Origin: an uncultured Mycoplasma sp.
GTDB taxonomy: Bacteria > Bacillota_I > Bacilli_A > RF39 > UBA660
Assembly (NCBI GenBank): GCA_964538205.1
Contig: CAZIFN010000002.1
Coordinates: 1-41,491, forward strand
Direction: 5' to 3'
Length of the DNA: 41,491 nt
Positions within the stretch are counted from its first letter, which is position 1; every line of letters begins with the position of its first letter. The notes below the pieces were generated by a model. The model made no database searches. It was not told where the DNA came from and was given only the letters and a program-made list of their open reading frames with translations. Shown one piece after another: positions 18,520-26,872 of the stretch. The translations under genes were made by a program, and so were the position numbers.

Positions 18520-19405
18520 AATGTTAGGTAGAAGTATTAGAGATGCCTTTAAAAGCGTAATTAGAAATTTCAGTTTATCGTTAGCCTCAATTTCATGTAT
18601 TACAATAACTTTAATTATTGTATCACTTGCCATAATGGCTTCACTAAATATTAATAATTTTACAGAAGAAATAGAAAAAGATTTAACTATAGTTGTCTTT
18701 TTAGAAAGAGAAGCAGATGATAATAATATAAAAGAAGTAAAAAAAGAATTAAATAAAATATCAAATATAGAAAAAATAACTTTTATATCAAAATCAGAAG
18801 TAAAAAAACAAATGCAAGATGAGTCAGAAATATTTGCTAAAGTATTAGAGGGATATGAAGATGATGAAAGTCCTTTAAAAGATACATATCAAGTAAAAGT
18901 AAAAAATATAGAGAAAATAAAACAAACAGCAGAAACTATAAAGAAAATTGACTCTGTATCAGTTGTACGCTATGGTGAGGGAATGGTAGAAAAATTAGTA
19001 TCTGCCTTTGCTTCAATAAAAAAAGTAACTTATGGAGTTGTTATAGCCTTAATAATTGTTACAGTATTCTTAATTGTTAATACAATAAAATTAACAATAT
19101 CAGCAAGAAAAAGAGAAATAGGAATTATGAGATTAGTAGGAGCAAGCAACTTCACAATAAAAACACCATTCATAATAGAAGGAATGATACTAGGTGTTTT
19201 AGGTTCAATAATACCAATAGTGTTTACAACATATGGATATATGGCTTTCTATAAGCATTTTGATGGCTATTTATTTTCAAAGCTAATAGTATTAATAAAA
19301 CCAGAACCATTTATATATACAACTTCATTAATGGTAATAATTATAGGAATCTTAGTAGGTATGATTGGTAGTGCAGGTGCCGTTAAGAAATATTTAAAAA
19401 TATGA
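18506..19405 (+). CDS. ftsX: Cell division permease-like protein FtsX
   Basis: N-terminal TM helix, a large extracellular loop and three C-terminal TM helices, overlapping ftsE. The start is 18500 or 18506; 18506 has better spacing from AAGGAG. Confidence 0.85.
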   Translation: MKLFRMLGRSIRDAFKSVIRNFSLSLASISCITITLIIVSLAIMASLNINNFTEEIEKDLTIVVFLEREADDNNIKEVKKELNKISNIEKITFISKSEVKKQMQDESEIFAKVLEGYEDDESPLKDTYQVKVKNIEKIKQTAETIKKIDSVSVVRYGEGMVEKLVSAFASIKKVTYGVVIALIIVTVFLIVNTIKLTISARKREIGIMRLVGASNFTIKTPFIIEGMILGVLGSIIPIVFTTYGYMAFYKHFDGYLFSKLIVLIKPEPFIYTTSLMVIIIGILVGMIGSAGAVKKYLKI

Positions 19406-20631
19406 TGAAAAACACTAAATTAATTTCTATAATAACTATAGCTACACTTCTTACAGCATTTGCAACACTACCGTTAAATGTAAATGCTAAAACAGTTAAA
19501 CAGTTTGAAGAAGAAGTGGAAAAATATACAAAAGAGCTTCAAGAAAAAAAAGATAATTTAGCTCAAAATGATGCCGAAGTAGCAGAAATAAGGGCTAAGG
19601 TTTCTAAAATAGAAAAGCAAATAGAAGAAGCAGAAGCAGAAATAAATAGTTTGCAAGAAGAAATAGATAAAAGTAATGAAGAAATAAAAGAAAAAGGCGA
19701 AGAAAGTAAGAAGATAATAGAATATTATCAAATATCAAATGGTGATAACATATATCTTGAATATGCTTTTGGAGCAACAGATATAACTGATATGATATAT
19801 AGATTATCAGTTGTTGAACAATTAACTGAATATAATGATAATTTAATTAAGGAATTAGAAGAATTAATAGAAAAAAATAAGAATCAACAAAAAGAATTAT
19901 CAAGTAAAAAGACTGAATTAAATCAACTTAAAACAAATTTAGAAAATGAAAGATCAAAAGTAGAAGCTGATTCCATGGCTATAAGAGAGACAATGCCAAC
20001 AATTGAAGAACAAATAAAAGCAGCAAAAGCAAATGTAACCTATTATAAAAATTTAGGTTGTGGTTCTACAGAAGATATACAAGCTTGTCAATATAGAATA
20101 CAACAAGCATCTGGGTCTAGCTCTACTCCAAGTGCTAATGGATTTTATCGTCCGTTACAATATGGATATATTACTCAAGGTTACTATGGCTATGGTGGAC
20201 ATTTGGGTATAGACTTATCAAGTTCTGATAAAGCAATCGCTGTTTATCCAATAGCAACTGGCACAGTATTTAAAATATATTATGACAACTGTAAATCTGG
20301 TGATTGGCGAAATGGTGGAAACTGTAGTTATGGATGTAATGGTAAAGCACTTGTTGTTAAAATAAGACATAATGTAGGTGGCAAATATATTTACTCAACA
20401 TATGCTCATTTAAGAAGTTTTGGAAATATTTCTGAAGGACAAGTCGTAACGCCATTTACAGTAATTGGCTACATGGGCTCAACAGGTTGCTCAACAGGGC
20501 CACATTTACATTTAGAAATAACTAAATGTGATTGGAACTATGGTGGTGGTTGTAGTTGGGCGGTATATCAACAAAGTACAATAAATCCATCAAATTACGT
20601 AAGTTTTCCATATAGATGGGATAATAGATAA
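19402..20631 (+). CDS. Secreted coiled-coil M23 family metallopeptidase (likely FtsEX-associated murein hydrolase)
   Basis: Signal peptide, a coiled coil of about 200 aa, and M23 motifs GGHLGIDL (HxxxD) and GPHLHLEI (HxH). The start overlaps the ftsX stop (ATGA). Confidence 0.85.
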   Translation: MMKNTKLISIITIATLLTAFATLPLNVNAKTVKQFEEEVEKYTKELQEKKDNLAQNDAEVAEIRAKVSKIEKQIEEAEAEINSLQEEIDKSNEEIKEKGEESKKIIEYYQISNGDNIYLEYAFGATDITDMIYRLSVVEQLTEYNDNLIKELEELIEKNKNQQKELSSKKTELNQLKTNLENERSKVEADSMAIRETMPTIEEQIKAAKANVTYYKNLGCGSTEDIQACQYRIQQASGSSSTPSANGFYRPLQYGYITQGYYGYGGHLGIDLSSSDKAIAVYPIATGTVFKIYYDNCKSGDWRNGGNCSYGCNGKALVVKIRHNVGGKYIYSTYAHLRSFGNISEGQVVTPFTVIGYMGSTGCSTGPHLHLEITKCDWNYGGGCSWAVYQQSTINPSNYVSFPYRWDNR

Positions 20632-20647
20632 TGTGATAATATTTTGG

Positions 20648-20676
20648 TTGACAGATAACAAAAACTATGTTAGACT
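20648..20676 (+). promoter_or_regulatory. Sigma-A-type promoter for the leader and ABC exporter
   Basis: TTGACA (20648-20653), 17-nt spacer, TAGACT (20671-20676) preceded by an extended -10 TG. Confidence 0.5.
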
Positions 20677-20706
20677 ATAAATGAATTTGAAGAAAGGAGT
20701 GAGAAT

Positions 20707-20793
20707 ATGAACATAGCAGTATATAATAACAAACAAATAATTAAAAGAATAAATGACCTAATTGGGAATACACATATTCTCACTTGTTTTTAG
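20707..20793 (+). CDS. 28-codon small ORF (leader peptide or small exported peptide): MNIAVYNNKQIIKRINDLIGNTHILTCF
   Basis: RBS AAAGGAG lies 7 nt upstream. The ORF is not in the track because it is too short. It sits between a promoter and a terminator directly upstream of the ABC exporter. Confidence 0.4.
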   Translation: MNIAVYNNKQIIKRINDLIGNTHILTCF

Positions 20794-20804
20794 CTTATCT
20801 AATC

Positions 20805-20830
20805 AAGAGGTCATTTAGACCTCTTTTATT
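20805..20830 (+). terminator. Intrinsic terminator / attenuator immediately upstream of the ABC exporter RBS
   Basis: AAGAGGTC, loop ATTTA, GACCTCTT, then TTATT. The RBS AAAGGAG of the exporter starts 8 nt later. Confidence 0.6.
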
Positions 20831-20851
20831 ATGCAAGAAAGGAGTAATGAT

Positions 20852-22609
20852 ATGAAAAAAGAAAATAACTTTAAGATTTTATGGAAATATTTAAAAGAAG
20901 ATAAACTTAAACTAATAATTTATATTATTTTAGTATTATGTACTTACTTACCTGCACTATTTAATGCCTACTTCTGGGGAAAAGCACTTGAATTTCTTAT
21001 TATAAAAGACATACATAATTTCTTTAAATATTTAGTAATATGGGAAGGGATATATATAATTGCATATTCATTTATACAAGTAATCACAAACAAATTATAT
21101 AATTATCTAGAAATAAAATTTATTCAAAATGTTAGTATGGACTTATATAGAAAAATAGACTCATTACCAGCAAGAGCTTTTGAAGAGATAGGCGTTGGTG
21201 AATTTATAAATAGATTATATAATGATCCAGATAGAATAATGGAATTGCTTAATAAATTAATTAAACTAATTTGTAAAAGCTTAGTTGTAATTGTAATTCT
21301 AATACTAGCTTTTTCTATCTCATTTATAATAGGTATAGAAATAATAATATTTGGATTTATCATGGGTTATATATCTACAAAATATTTTCCAAGAATTAAA
21401 AAAACACAAGAAAAAATCAAAAAAGAATCAGATGTTTATGTCAAAACAGCAACTGAAAATATAACTGGAATAAGAGAAATTAAAGCCCTAGGTATAAAAA
21501 ATAATATAGAAACAAATCTTAAAGAACAACTTTCAGAACTATTTAATCATACTAAAAAGATAAGAAACTATGAAGTATGGTATCACTGCCTAAATAACCT
21601 ATCATATTATATATTACAATTTATTATTTTATATACAGCAGGATATTATTTTGTTATAGGTAAAATAACATATGCATTATTTATTATGATAGAAATGTAT
21701 ATTTGGAGAGTAGATGAAGTAGTAGAAAGTATATCAGAGTTTGGTGTTAGTTATAATAAAGTAACAGTATCTTTAAAAAGAATTGGTGAAATTATAAATA
21801 ATAAATTATATCAAGATGAAAGTTATGGTAAAAAAGAATTAACAAATAATAAAGGTATAGTAGAATTTAGGAATGTAAAATTTAAATATTCTGATGAAGA
21901 AGAATATACTTTAAATGGACTTAGTTTAAAATTAATGCCAAATAAAAAGAATGCAATAGTAGGTAAATCTGGAAATGGCAAATCAACAATATTTAATTTA
22001 TTATTAAGATATTTTGATGCAACAGAAGGAGAAGTATTAATAGATGGAATAAATATAAAAGACTTAACAGAAGAATCATTAAGAAAGAATATATCTGTTA
22101 TTAGACAATCGCCATTTTTATTTAATTTATCAATTATTGATAACTTTAAATTAGTAAAAAAAGATGTAACCATAGAAGAAATAAGAAAATATTGTAAAAA
22201 AGCTTATATTGATGAGTATATTATGTCACTGCCAAAACAATATGAGACAATAATAGGAGAAGGTGGAATAAATTTATCAGGAGGTCAAAAACAACGTTTA
22301 GCAATTGCGAGAACACTATTATTAGATACTAAAATAATATTATTTGATGAAGCAACATCAGCTTTAGATAATGAATCTCAAGAGTACATAAAAAAGACAA
22401 TAGATGAGTTAGTAAAAAATCATACTGTAATTATTGTAGCACACAGATTATCAACAATTGTAGATGCTGATGTTATAAATATAATAGATAAAGGAAAGTT
22501 AGAATCCATTGGTACACACAAAGAACTATTAAAAAAATCAAAAATATACAAAAGTTTATATTCAAATGAAAATTCAAATTCACACAATAATACTAATCCC
22601 TCTTTTTAA
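20852..22609 (+). CDS. ABC transporter, fused permease/ATP-binding (type I exporter, MsbA/LmrA-like)
   Basis: Six-TM N-terminal half; Walker A GKSGNGKST, signature LSGGQKQRLAIAR, Walker B ILFDEATSALD. I prefer ATG 20852 (RBS AAAGGAG) over 20831. No C39 peptidase domain. Confidence 0.85.
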   Translation: MKKENNFKILWKYLKEDKLKLIIYIILVLCTYLPALFNAYFWGKALEFLIIKDIHNFFKYLVIWEGIYIIAYSFIQVITNKLYNYLEIKFIQNVSMDLYRKIDSLPARAFEEIGVGEFINRLYNDPDRIMELLNKLIKLICKSLVVIVILILAFSISFIIGIEIIIFGFIMGYISTKYFPRIKKTQEKIKKESDVYVKTATENITGIREIKALGIKNNIETNLKEQLSELFNHTKKIRNYEVWYHCLNNLSYYILQFIILYTAGYYFVIGKITYALFIMIEMYIWRVDEVVESISEFGVSYNKVTVSLKRIGEIINNKLYQDESYGKKELTNNKGIVEFRNVKFKYSDEEEYTLNGLSLKLMPNKKNAIVGKSGNGKSTIFNLLLRYFDATEGEVLIDGINIKDLTEESLRKNISVIRQSPFLFNLSIIDNFKLVKKDVTIEEIRKYCKKAYIDEYIMSLPKQYETIIGEGGINLSGGQKQRLAIARTLLLDTKIILFDEATSALDNESQEYIKKTIDELVKNHTVIIVAHRLSTIVDADVINIIDKGKLESIGTHKELLKKSKIYKSLYSNENSNSHNNTNPSF

Positions 22610-22752
22610 ACTTTAAGTGACAAAATTACTGACAAGGAACAACTAAATTTTTAGAAAACTTGTAAAATATAGTGAAATATGTTAATATATACCCATGGCT
22701 GACAGAAAAAAACTGTTATCCATAATAAATAAGTATATTGAAGGAGGAAATT

Positions 22753-23160
22753 ATGAATTTTTTAGTTACTGCTTTAGCAATTGGTACAATCAATAGCAAT
22801 GTAGCAATTGATAGTCAAATTTCATCAAAAATTGAAGACCATAATGCTATGGTTGAAGAAAAAGTAAATGAAGGGATTAAATACTTTGTTGAACATTTCG
22901 AACAAGGTAAGGAATATTTAGAAAGTCACCTTCTTGAAGGTGAAGACTATATTGAGTCTCACTTGGAAGATGGAACAGAATATATTGAATCTCACTTAGA
23001 AGAAGGAAAAGATTATATTGAGTCTCACCTAGAAGAAGGAAAAGACTATATAGAAGAAAATTGGAATGAAGGTTTTGATAGATTAGATAAAGAAACTAAT
23101 TCTAATTTAGGAACAGCACTAAAAAGTGTATGTGACAAAATATTCAAAATATTTAAATAA
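22753..23160 (+). CDS. Small His/acidic protein built from six 11-residue repeats
   Basis: RBS AAGGAGG precedes ATG 22753, followed by a hydrophobic N-terminus MNFLVTALAIGT. Repeats: VEHFEQGKEYL / ESHLLEGEDYI / ESHLEDGTEYI / ESHLEEGKDYI / ESHLEEGKDYI / EENWNEGFDRL. Confidence 0.65.
   Translation: MNFLVTALAIGTINSNVAIDSQISSKIEDHNAMVEEKVNEGIKYFVEHFEQGKEYLESHLLEGEDYIESHLEDGTEYIESHLEEGKDYIESHLEEGKDYIEENWNEGFDRLDKETNSNLGTALKSVCDKIFKIFK
22888..23085 (+). repeat. Six tandem 33-bp in-frame repeats (hendecad periodicity)
   Basis: The DNA unit tatattgagtctcacctagaagaaggaaaagac recurs with few changes. The last two full copies encode identical peptides. Confidence 0.8.
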
Positions 23161-23162
23161 AA

Positions 23163-23194
23163 GAAAAGAGTATCGTTTGATACTTTTTTCTTTT
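23163..23194 (+). terminator. Rho-independent terminator
   Basis: GAAAAGAGTATC, loop GTTT, GATACTTTTTTC (one mismatch), followed by TTTT. Confidence 0.65.
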
Positions 23195-23255
23195 GACATA
23201 AATAACATAATATAATATGATATATTTATAATAGAACAAAAGATAGAGGGATAAT

Positions 23256-23774
23256 ATGAAAGATGGAATTATAAAATTTGTAAGTATCGTTTTAGCAATC
23301 ATAAGTGTTATAATACTTATCGTATTTCTTCAAAATATAATATATAATGGAAAACCATTTACTATATTAGATTATAGACTTTTAATAGTAGATAAAGATA
23401 ATAAAGATTTAAATATAAGTAAAGATGATTTAATAATAGTAAATGAAAAAGATATTAATAATATAAAGGAAAATATGATAATTTCTTACACTCTTAATGA
23501 AAAAGATATATACTTTGGTACAGTAAATAATGTAAATGATGATGATTCAATAGAAATAGCTTTTTCTTCTGAAAAGACACATATAATTAATAAAGCCTCA
23601 GTAATAGGAACATATCAGTTTATGATTAAACATTTAGGTAAATATATTTTATATTTAAGAACATTTAAAGGTTTTATATTATCAATAGGTATAGTATTTG
23701 TAATCTTATTAATAATTACAAGTATTAGTAAAATAACACTATTTACTAAAAAAATATTTACAAAAAAATACTAA
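23256..23774 (+). CDS. Bitopic membrane protein, possibly a catalytically inactive SipW-type (S26B) signal-peptidase homolog
   Basis: N- and C-terminal TM helices bracket a beta-rich domain of about 110 aa, the SipW/archaeal-type layout. Where SGSMxP...GD is expected it reads LLIVDKDNKDLNISKDDLIIV, so no Ser-Met-Pro. RBS is GAGGG. Confidence 0.5.
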   Translation: MKDGIIKFVSIVLAIISVIILIVFLQNIIYNGKPFTILDYRLLIVDKDNKDLNISKDDLIIVNEKDINNIKENMIISYTLNEKDIYFGTVNNVNDDDSIEIAFSSEKTHIINKASVIGTYQFMIKHLGKYILYLRTFKGFILSIGIVFVILLIITSISKITLFTKKIFTKKY

Positions 23775-23816
23775 AAAAAGCGGTTTTCTTAATAAAAAGA
23801 AACACTGCTTTTTTTA
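23773..23816. terminator. Bidirectional terminator between convergent genes
   Basis: A7-GCGGTTTTCTT, loop, AAGAAACACTGC-T7: an imperfect stem with an A-run on one side and a T-run on the other. Confidence 0.55.
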
Positions 23817-24347
23817 TAGTTTTACAATATTTAAAAAGGCATTAGTACCATCAGCAGGTGAAATAGTAACAGTAGATGTTGATTCAATACTTAAACTTAT
23901 ATTATCACCAGCTGCAAATGAATTAATAGAACTTCCAATAAAATCCACATCTTGATTAGCAGTTACGTCTTTAATAATTGTAGTACTACCGATTGGTGTA
24001 GTATTTTGACTTATTTCAACTGTTATATTAGCATTAGTATTAGAAGAGCCAGAAAAGAAATAATCAACTTTATAGTTTCCAGCTTCAACTATTGTTAGAG
24101 CATTTTGAACTCCTGTTGTTACATTTGATGTAGGACCAGTACTGCCTAAAGGTATAGTTTGAGCAACATTTTGATCTAAATTAATAGTATTAGTAGCATT
24201 ATCATATTTGCGACCGAAAGCACTAGTAGCAGAAACACCGCTCGGTCCAGTTGGCCCTGTCGGACCTATTGGCCCAGTAGGGCCAGCGACGTAGCAAACT
24301 TTCTTTGCCTTAAAATCATTACAGTTATTTATACAGTCATCAGACAT
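23814..24347 (-). CDS. Short collagen-like protein with a BclA-like (C1q/TNF-like) C-terminal domain
   Basis: VCYVAGPTGPIGPTGPTGPSG is followed by a beta-rich domain of about 140 aa (AGNYKVDYFFSGSS...). RBS is AAGGAG. Confidence 0.75.
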   Translation of the reverse strand: MSDDCINNCNDFKAKKVCYVAGPTGPIGPTGPTGPSGVSATSAFGRKYDNATNTINLDQNVAQTIPLGSTGPTSNVTTGVQNALTIVEAGNYKVDYFFSGSSNTNANITVEISQNTTPIGSTTIIKDVTANQDVDFIGSSINSFAAGDNISLSIESTSTVTISPADGTNAFLNIVKL

Positions 24348-24527
24348 AAATATACTCCTTTCTATAATAATTTATGATTATAATAACTAAATGCTCATTA
24401 TCTTATTACTAGAAAGAAAAGCTCTAAACTAAAAATTTTAAAATCGATATCACAATTCTTACAACTAATATCTACATTTAATAATTAAAAAATAAAGAAG
24501 AAAACATGCAAGTTCTAAGTTCTTTTA

Positions 24528-25145
24528 TTATAAGTCTTTTTCAAAAATATATTGAGCATGTGCAGTTTTTACATTTTGTTCAAAAAATTTGATATAGCTT
24601 TCTTTTACTTCATCAATTTCAAAAAAAATGAATCCATAAGTGTCAGACTGCCAAGAAAATCCTTCTTTTAAATTAAATTTATTTGCTTTTTTTACATCGT
24701 CAATATTTATAAAGTCAAAGACTTGTATCATTAACGAAGGTTTATATCCAAGTTTTATATATAGAGGACATGCTCTAAAACGTGCACCTAAATCAATATG
24801 TTTAATTTCTTTATACTTACATCTTTTTTCAAATTCGTTAATTAGTGATTTTGCGTAGCCTTTATTTCTATAATTGAGATCAACTGCAATTGTTCCAAGC
24901 GTAATTTTCTTTTTGTTTGTATCCATTCCTTTTCCAGTGATTGCGGCGATAATCTTTTTGTCTTTTGTAATATACATTAATAATTCATTATCAATTTCTA
25001 ATTGCTTATTCATTTCCATAAAACGTTCACCCATCGTAAAATAGTGTTCGTTGTTTATTTTTGCATCCTCATAAAAAGTCATTGAAAGAAAATCAAATAC
25101 CTTTTTTAGTTCTTTTTTATTTTTTACAGTTTTAATATTAATCAT
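24528..25145 (-). CDS. GNAT family N-acetyltransferase (last gene of the RiPP-like operon)
   Basis: Motif A NYRNKGYAKSLINEFEKR. Co-oriented with the PqqD-like gene and 42 nt downstream of it. Confidence 0.75.
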   Translation of the reverse strand: MINIKTVKNKKELKKVFDFLSMTFYEDAKINNEHYFTMGERFMEMNKQLEIDNELLMYITKDKKIIAAITGKGMDTNKKKITLGTIAVDLNYRNKGYAKSLINEFEKRCKYKEIKHIDLGARFRACPLYIKLGYKPSLMIQVFDFINIDDVKKANKFNLKEGFSWQSDTYGFIFFEIDEVKESYIKFFEQNVKTAHAQYIFEKDL

Positions 25146-25187
25146 ATTATATTACTCCTATTATTACAATTATTTAACAGAAACATT

Positions 25188-25475
25188 TCAAAAAAATTCA
25201 TTTTCTTCATAGCCTAAATTAATCCATTGACTTTCATGAAAGTTATTGTTTGAATTAGGAATATTATCAATTAATTGCAAATTTTTTAAATCATCTAATA
25301 TATCATTTTCTAATTCAATTCCTAATGGATGATTGGGATTATATCCAGTTTTTAATTTTTCAAATAGTTCATAAGAACTAAGTGGCAATTCATAATTTTG
25401 AATAGTTGAACAATCACAAATCAGTAAGTAATTCTCTTCTTTTCTGTATTTAACATATTTTTTTAAGTAAATCAT
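25188..25475 (-). CDS. PqqD-like / RiPP recognition element (RRE) candidate
   Basis: 95 aa. Its start overlaps the stop of the rSAM/SPASM gene (TAATG). Size, position and the pattern YLLICDCSTIQNYELPLSSYELFEKLKTG...DILDDLKNLQLI fit stand-alone PqqD-family peptide chaperones. No HMM search was run. Confidence 0.5.
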   Translation of the reverse strand: MIYLKKYVKYRKEENYLLICDCSTIQNYELPLSSYELFEKLKTGYNPNHPLGIELENDILDDLKNLQLIDNIPNSNNNFHESQWINLGYEENEFF

Positions 25476-26617
25476 TAAGCACTCTCCCTAATTCCATATT
25501 CTTCTCTGTTGTTTTTTTGTTTTGCTTCTTCTAATTTTCTTTTAAGTTCTTCTAGTTTATATAACCCTAAATTTTTACCATTTTCAATACAATAAGGTGT
25601 TGGCATCAATGGATCGTCAAACCATTGAATGCTTTGTGGAGGACACCTATCACATTTATTTTTAACTTTACATCCATCGCATCCACGAGTTTGATACGAT
25701 CTAAATATGTTAAAAGGCTTACCGTCCCATATTTCTTTTAATGCTTTTTTAGTAATGTTATCCCACTTTATTTCTTTTTTCGGTGGATTTACTCTAGCTA
25801 AAGGGCAAGGTGTTGTAATTCCATCTGAATTTATTTCACAAAACCATTTTGCAGCCGGACATTCATAATAAATCATAGAAGATGCTGTTTCTTTTTTTAA
25901 ATTTGGCATATCTATAAAATTAACCATAATATTATTATTTGCACATTCTTTTTGAAGATCAAACCAATATTTATTTGGAAGTTCAGATTCAGATACAAAT
26001 ATTTCACTATTTTCCTTTGCTCTACCAGAAATAGATATTGTAGACAAAGACCAGTTACAAGGCTTTAAAGTAATCACTAGATTTTTTAATTTATCTATTT
26101 TATGAATGTTTTTCGGATGGATACAGGTTGCAATAGAAGTTCTAATGTTCGCACTGGTAAATGCCTTAATACTACTTACTGCTTTATCAAATAATACTTT
26201 TTCGGATTTTCCCTGAACATTTTTTCTTAAATAACCATGTGTAATCCAATCTGCACCATCTAGACTTATTTGTATTCCTAAAATATAATTTTTTGCCTTT
26301 AATATTGCTTTTAATATTTTATCACTAAACACTCCATTAGTTGTTAGCATAAAATAAATTTCATTTTTTATTAATGCATCTATTATTTTTATGAAGTCCG
26401 GATGAGTTGTCGGCTCTCCACCGGAAATATTAACAAAAAACACGCCGTTTTTTGCTAAATCTTCAATAATTTTTAACCATTCATCTCCTGTCAATTCTTT
26501 TTCTGGAATATTATTTCCATAACTGCCATAACAGTGTTTACAGCGCATATTACATTTTGAAGTTAAAATTAAATAGCAGTTATGTGGTATTTTCAGACAT
26601 TGATTATTATTTTTCAT
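25475..26617 (-). CDS. Radical SAM/SPASM-domain peptide-modifying enzyme (PqqE/MftC-like architecture)
   Basis: CNMRCKHC near the N-terminus, SGGEPT, and C-terminal auxiliary-cluster cysteines (YYECPAAKWFCEINSDG...PCP; CDGCKVKNKCDRC). RBS is AAGGAAAG. Confidence 0.8.
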   Translation of the reverse strand: MKNNNQCLKIPHNCYLILTSKCNMRCKHCYGSYGNNIPEKELTGDEWLKIIEDLAKNGVFFVNISGGEPTTHPDFIKIIDALIKNEIYFMLTTNGVFSDKILKAILKAKNYILGIQISLDGADWITHGYLRKNVQGKSEKVLFDKAVSSIKAFTSANIRTSIATCIHPKNIHKIDKLKNLVITLKPCNWSLSTISISGRAKENSEIFVSESELPNKYWFDLQKECANNNIMVNFIDMPNLKKETASSMIYYECPAAKWFCEINSDGITTPCPLARVNPPKKEIKWDNITKKALKEIWDGKPFNIFRSYQTRGCDGCKVKNKCDRCPPQSIQWFDDPLMPTPYCIENGKNLGLYKLEELKRKLEEAKQKNNREEYGIRESA

Positions 26618-26872
26618 AGTTACCTACTTTCCTTTTTTACTATTTTTATTACATTATTTGATAAAATATATATTTTTTATCTGATAAATTGGAATATCCA
26701 AGCCAACCAAGATGTTCTCTTGTGCTAAAAAAATATTGTCACTTACAAATCTATTTTTCTTTTTCTATGTCCTTTCGAGAACTCTTCAATAGATAAGGAA
26801 CATTGCTGTTAATAATGTTAGGCTTTTTCCGCTTTGATTATTTATATCAATATAGATTTTATATTAATTTAA

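Noticed and set aside
20852-22609. Whether the ABC exporter is the dedicated transporter of the RiPP-like operon
   Set aside because: It lies more than 2 kb from the operon's last gene (GNAT, 24528) on the opposite strand, with three unrelated genes between. It lacks a C39 peptidase domain and has its own promoter and attenuator, so there is no sequence-level link.
26618-26872. Search for a second RiPP precursor in the spacer before the second rSAM
   Set aside because: Only ORFs of 18 codons or fewer were found, with non-ATG starts and no SD. None is Cys/Ser/Thr-rich. The empty spacer is reported as a finding rather than calling a gene.
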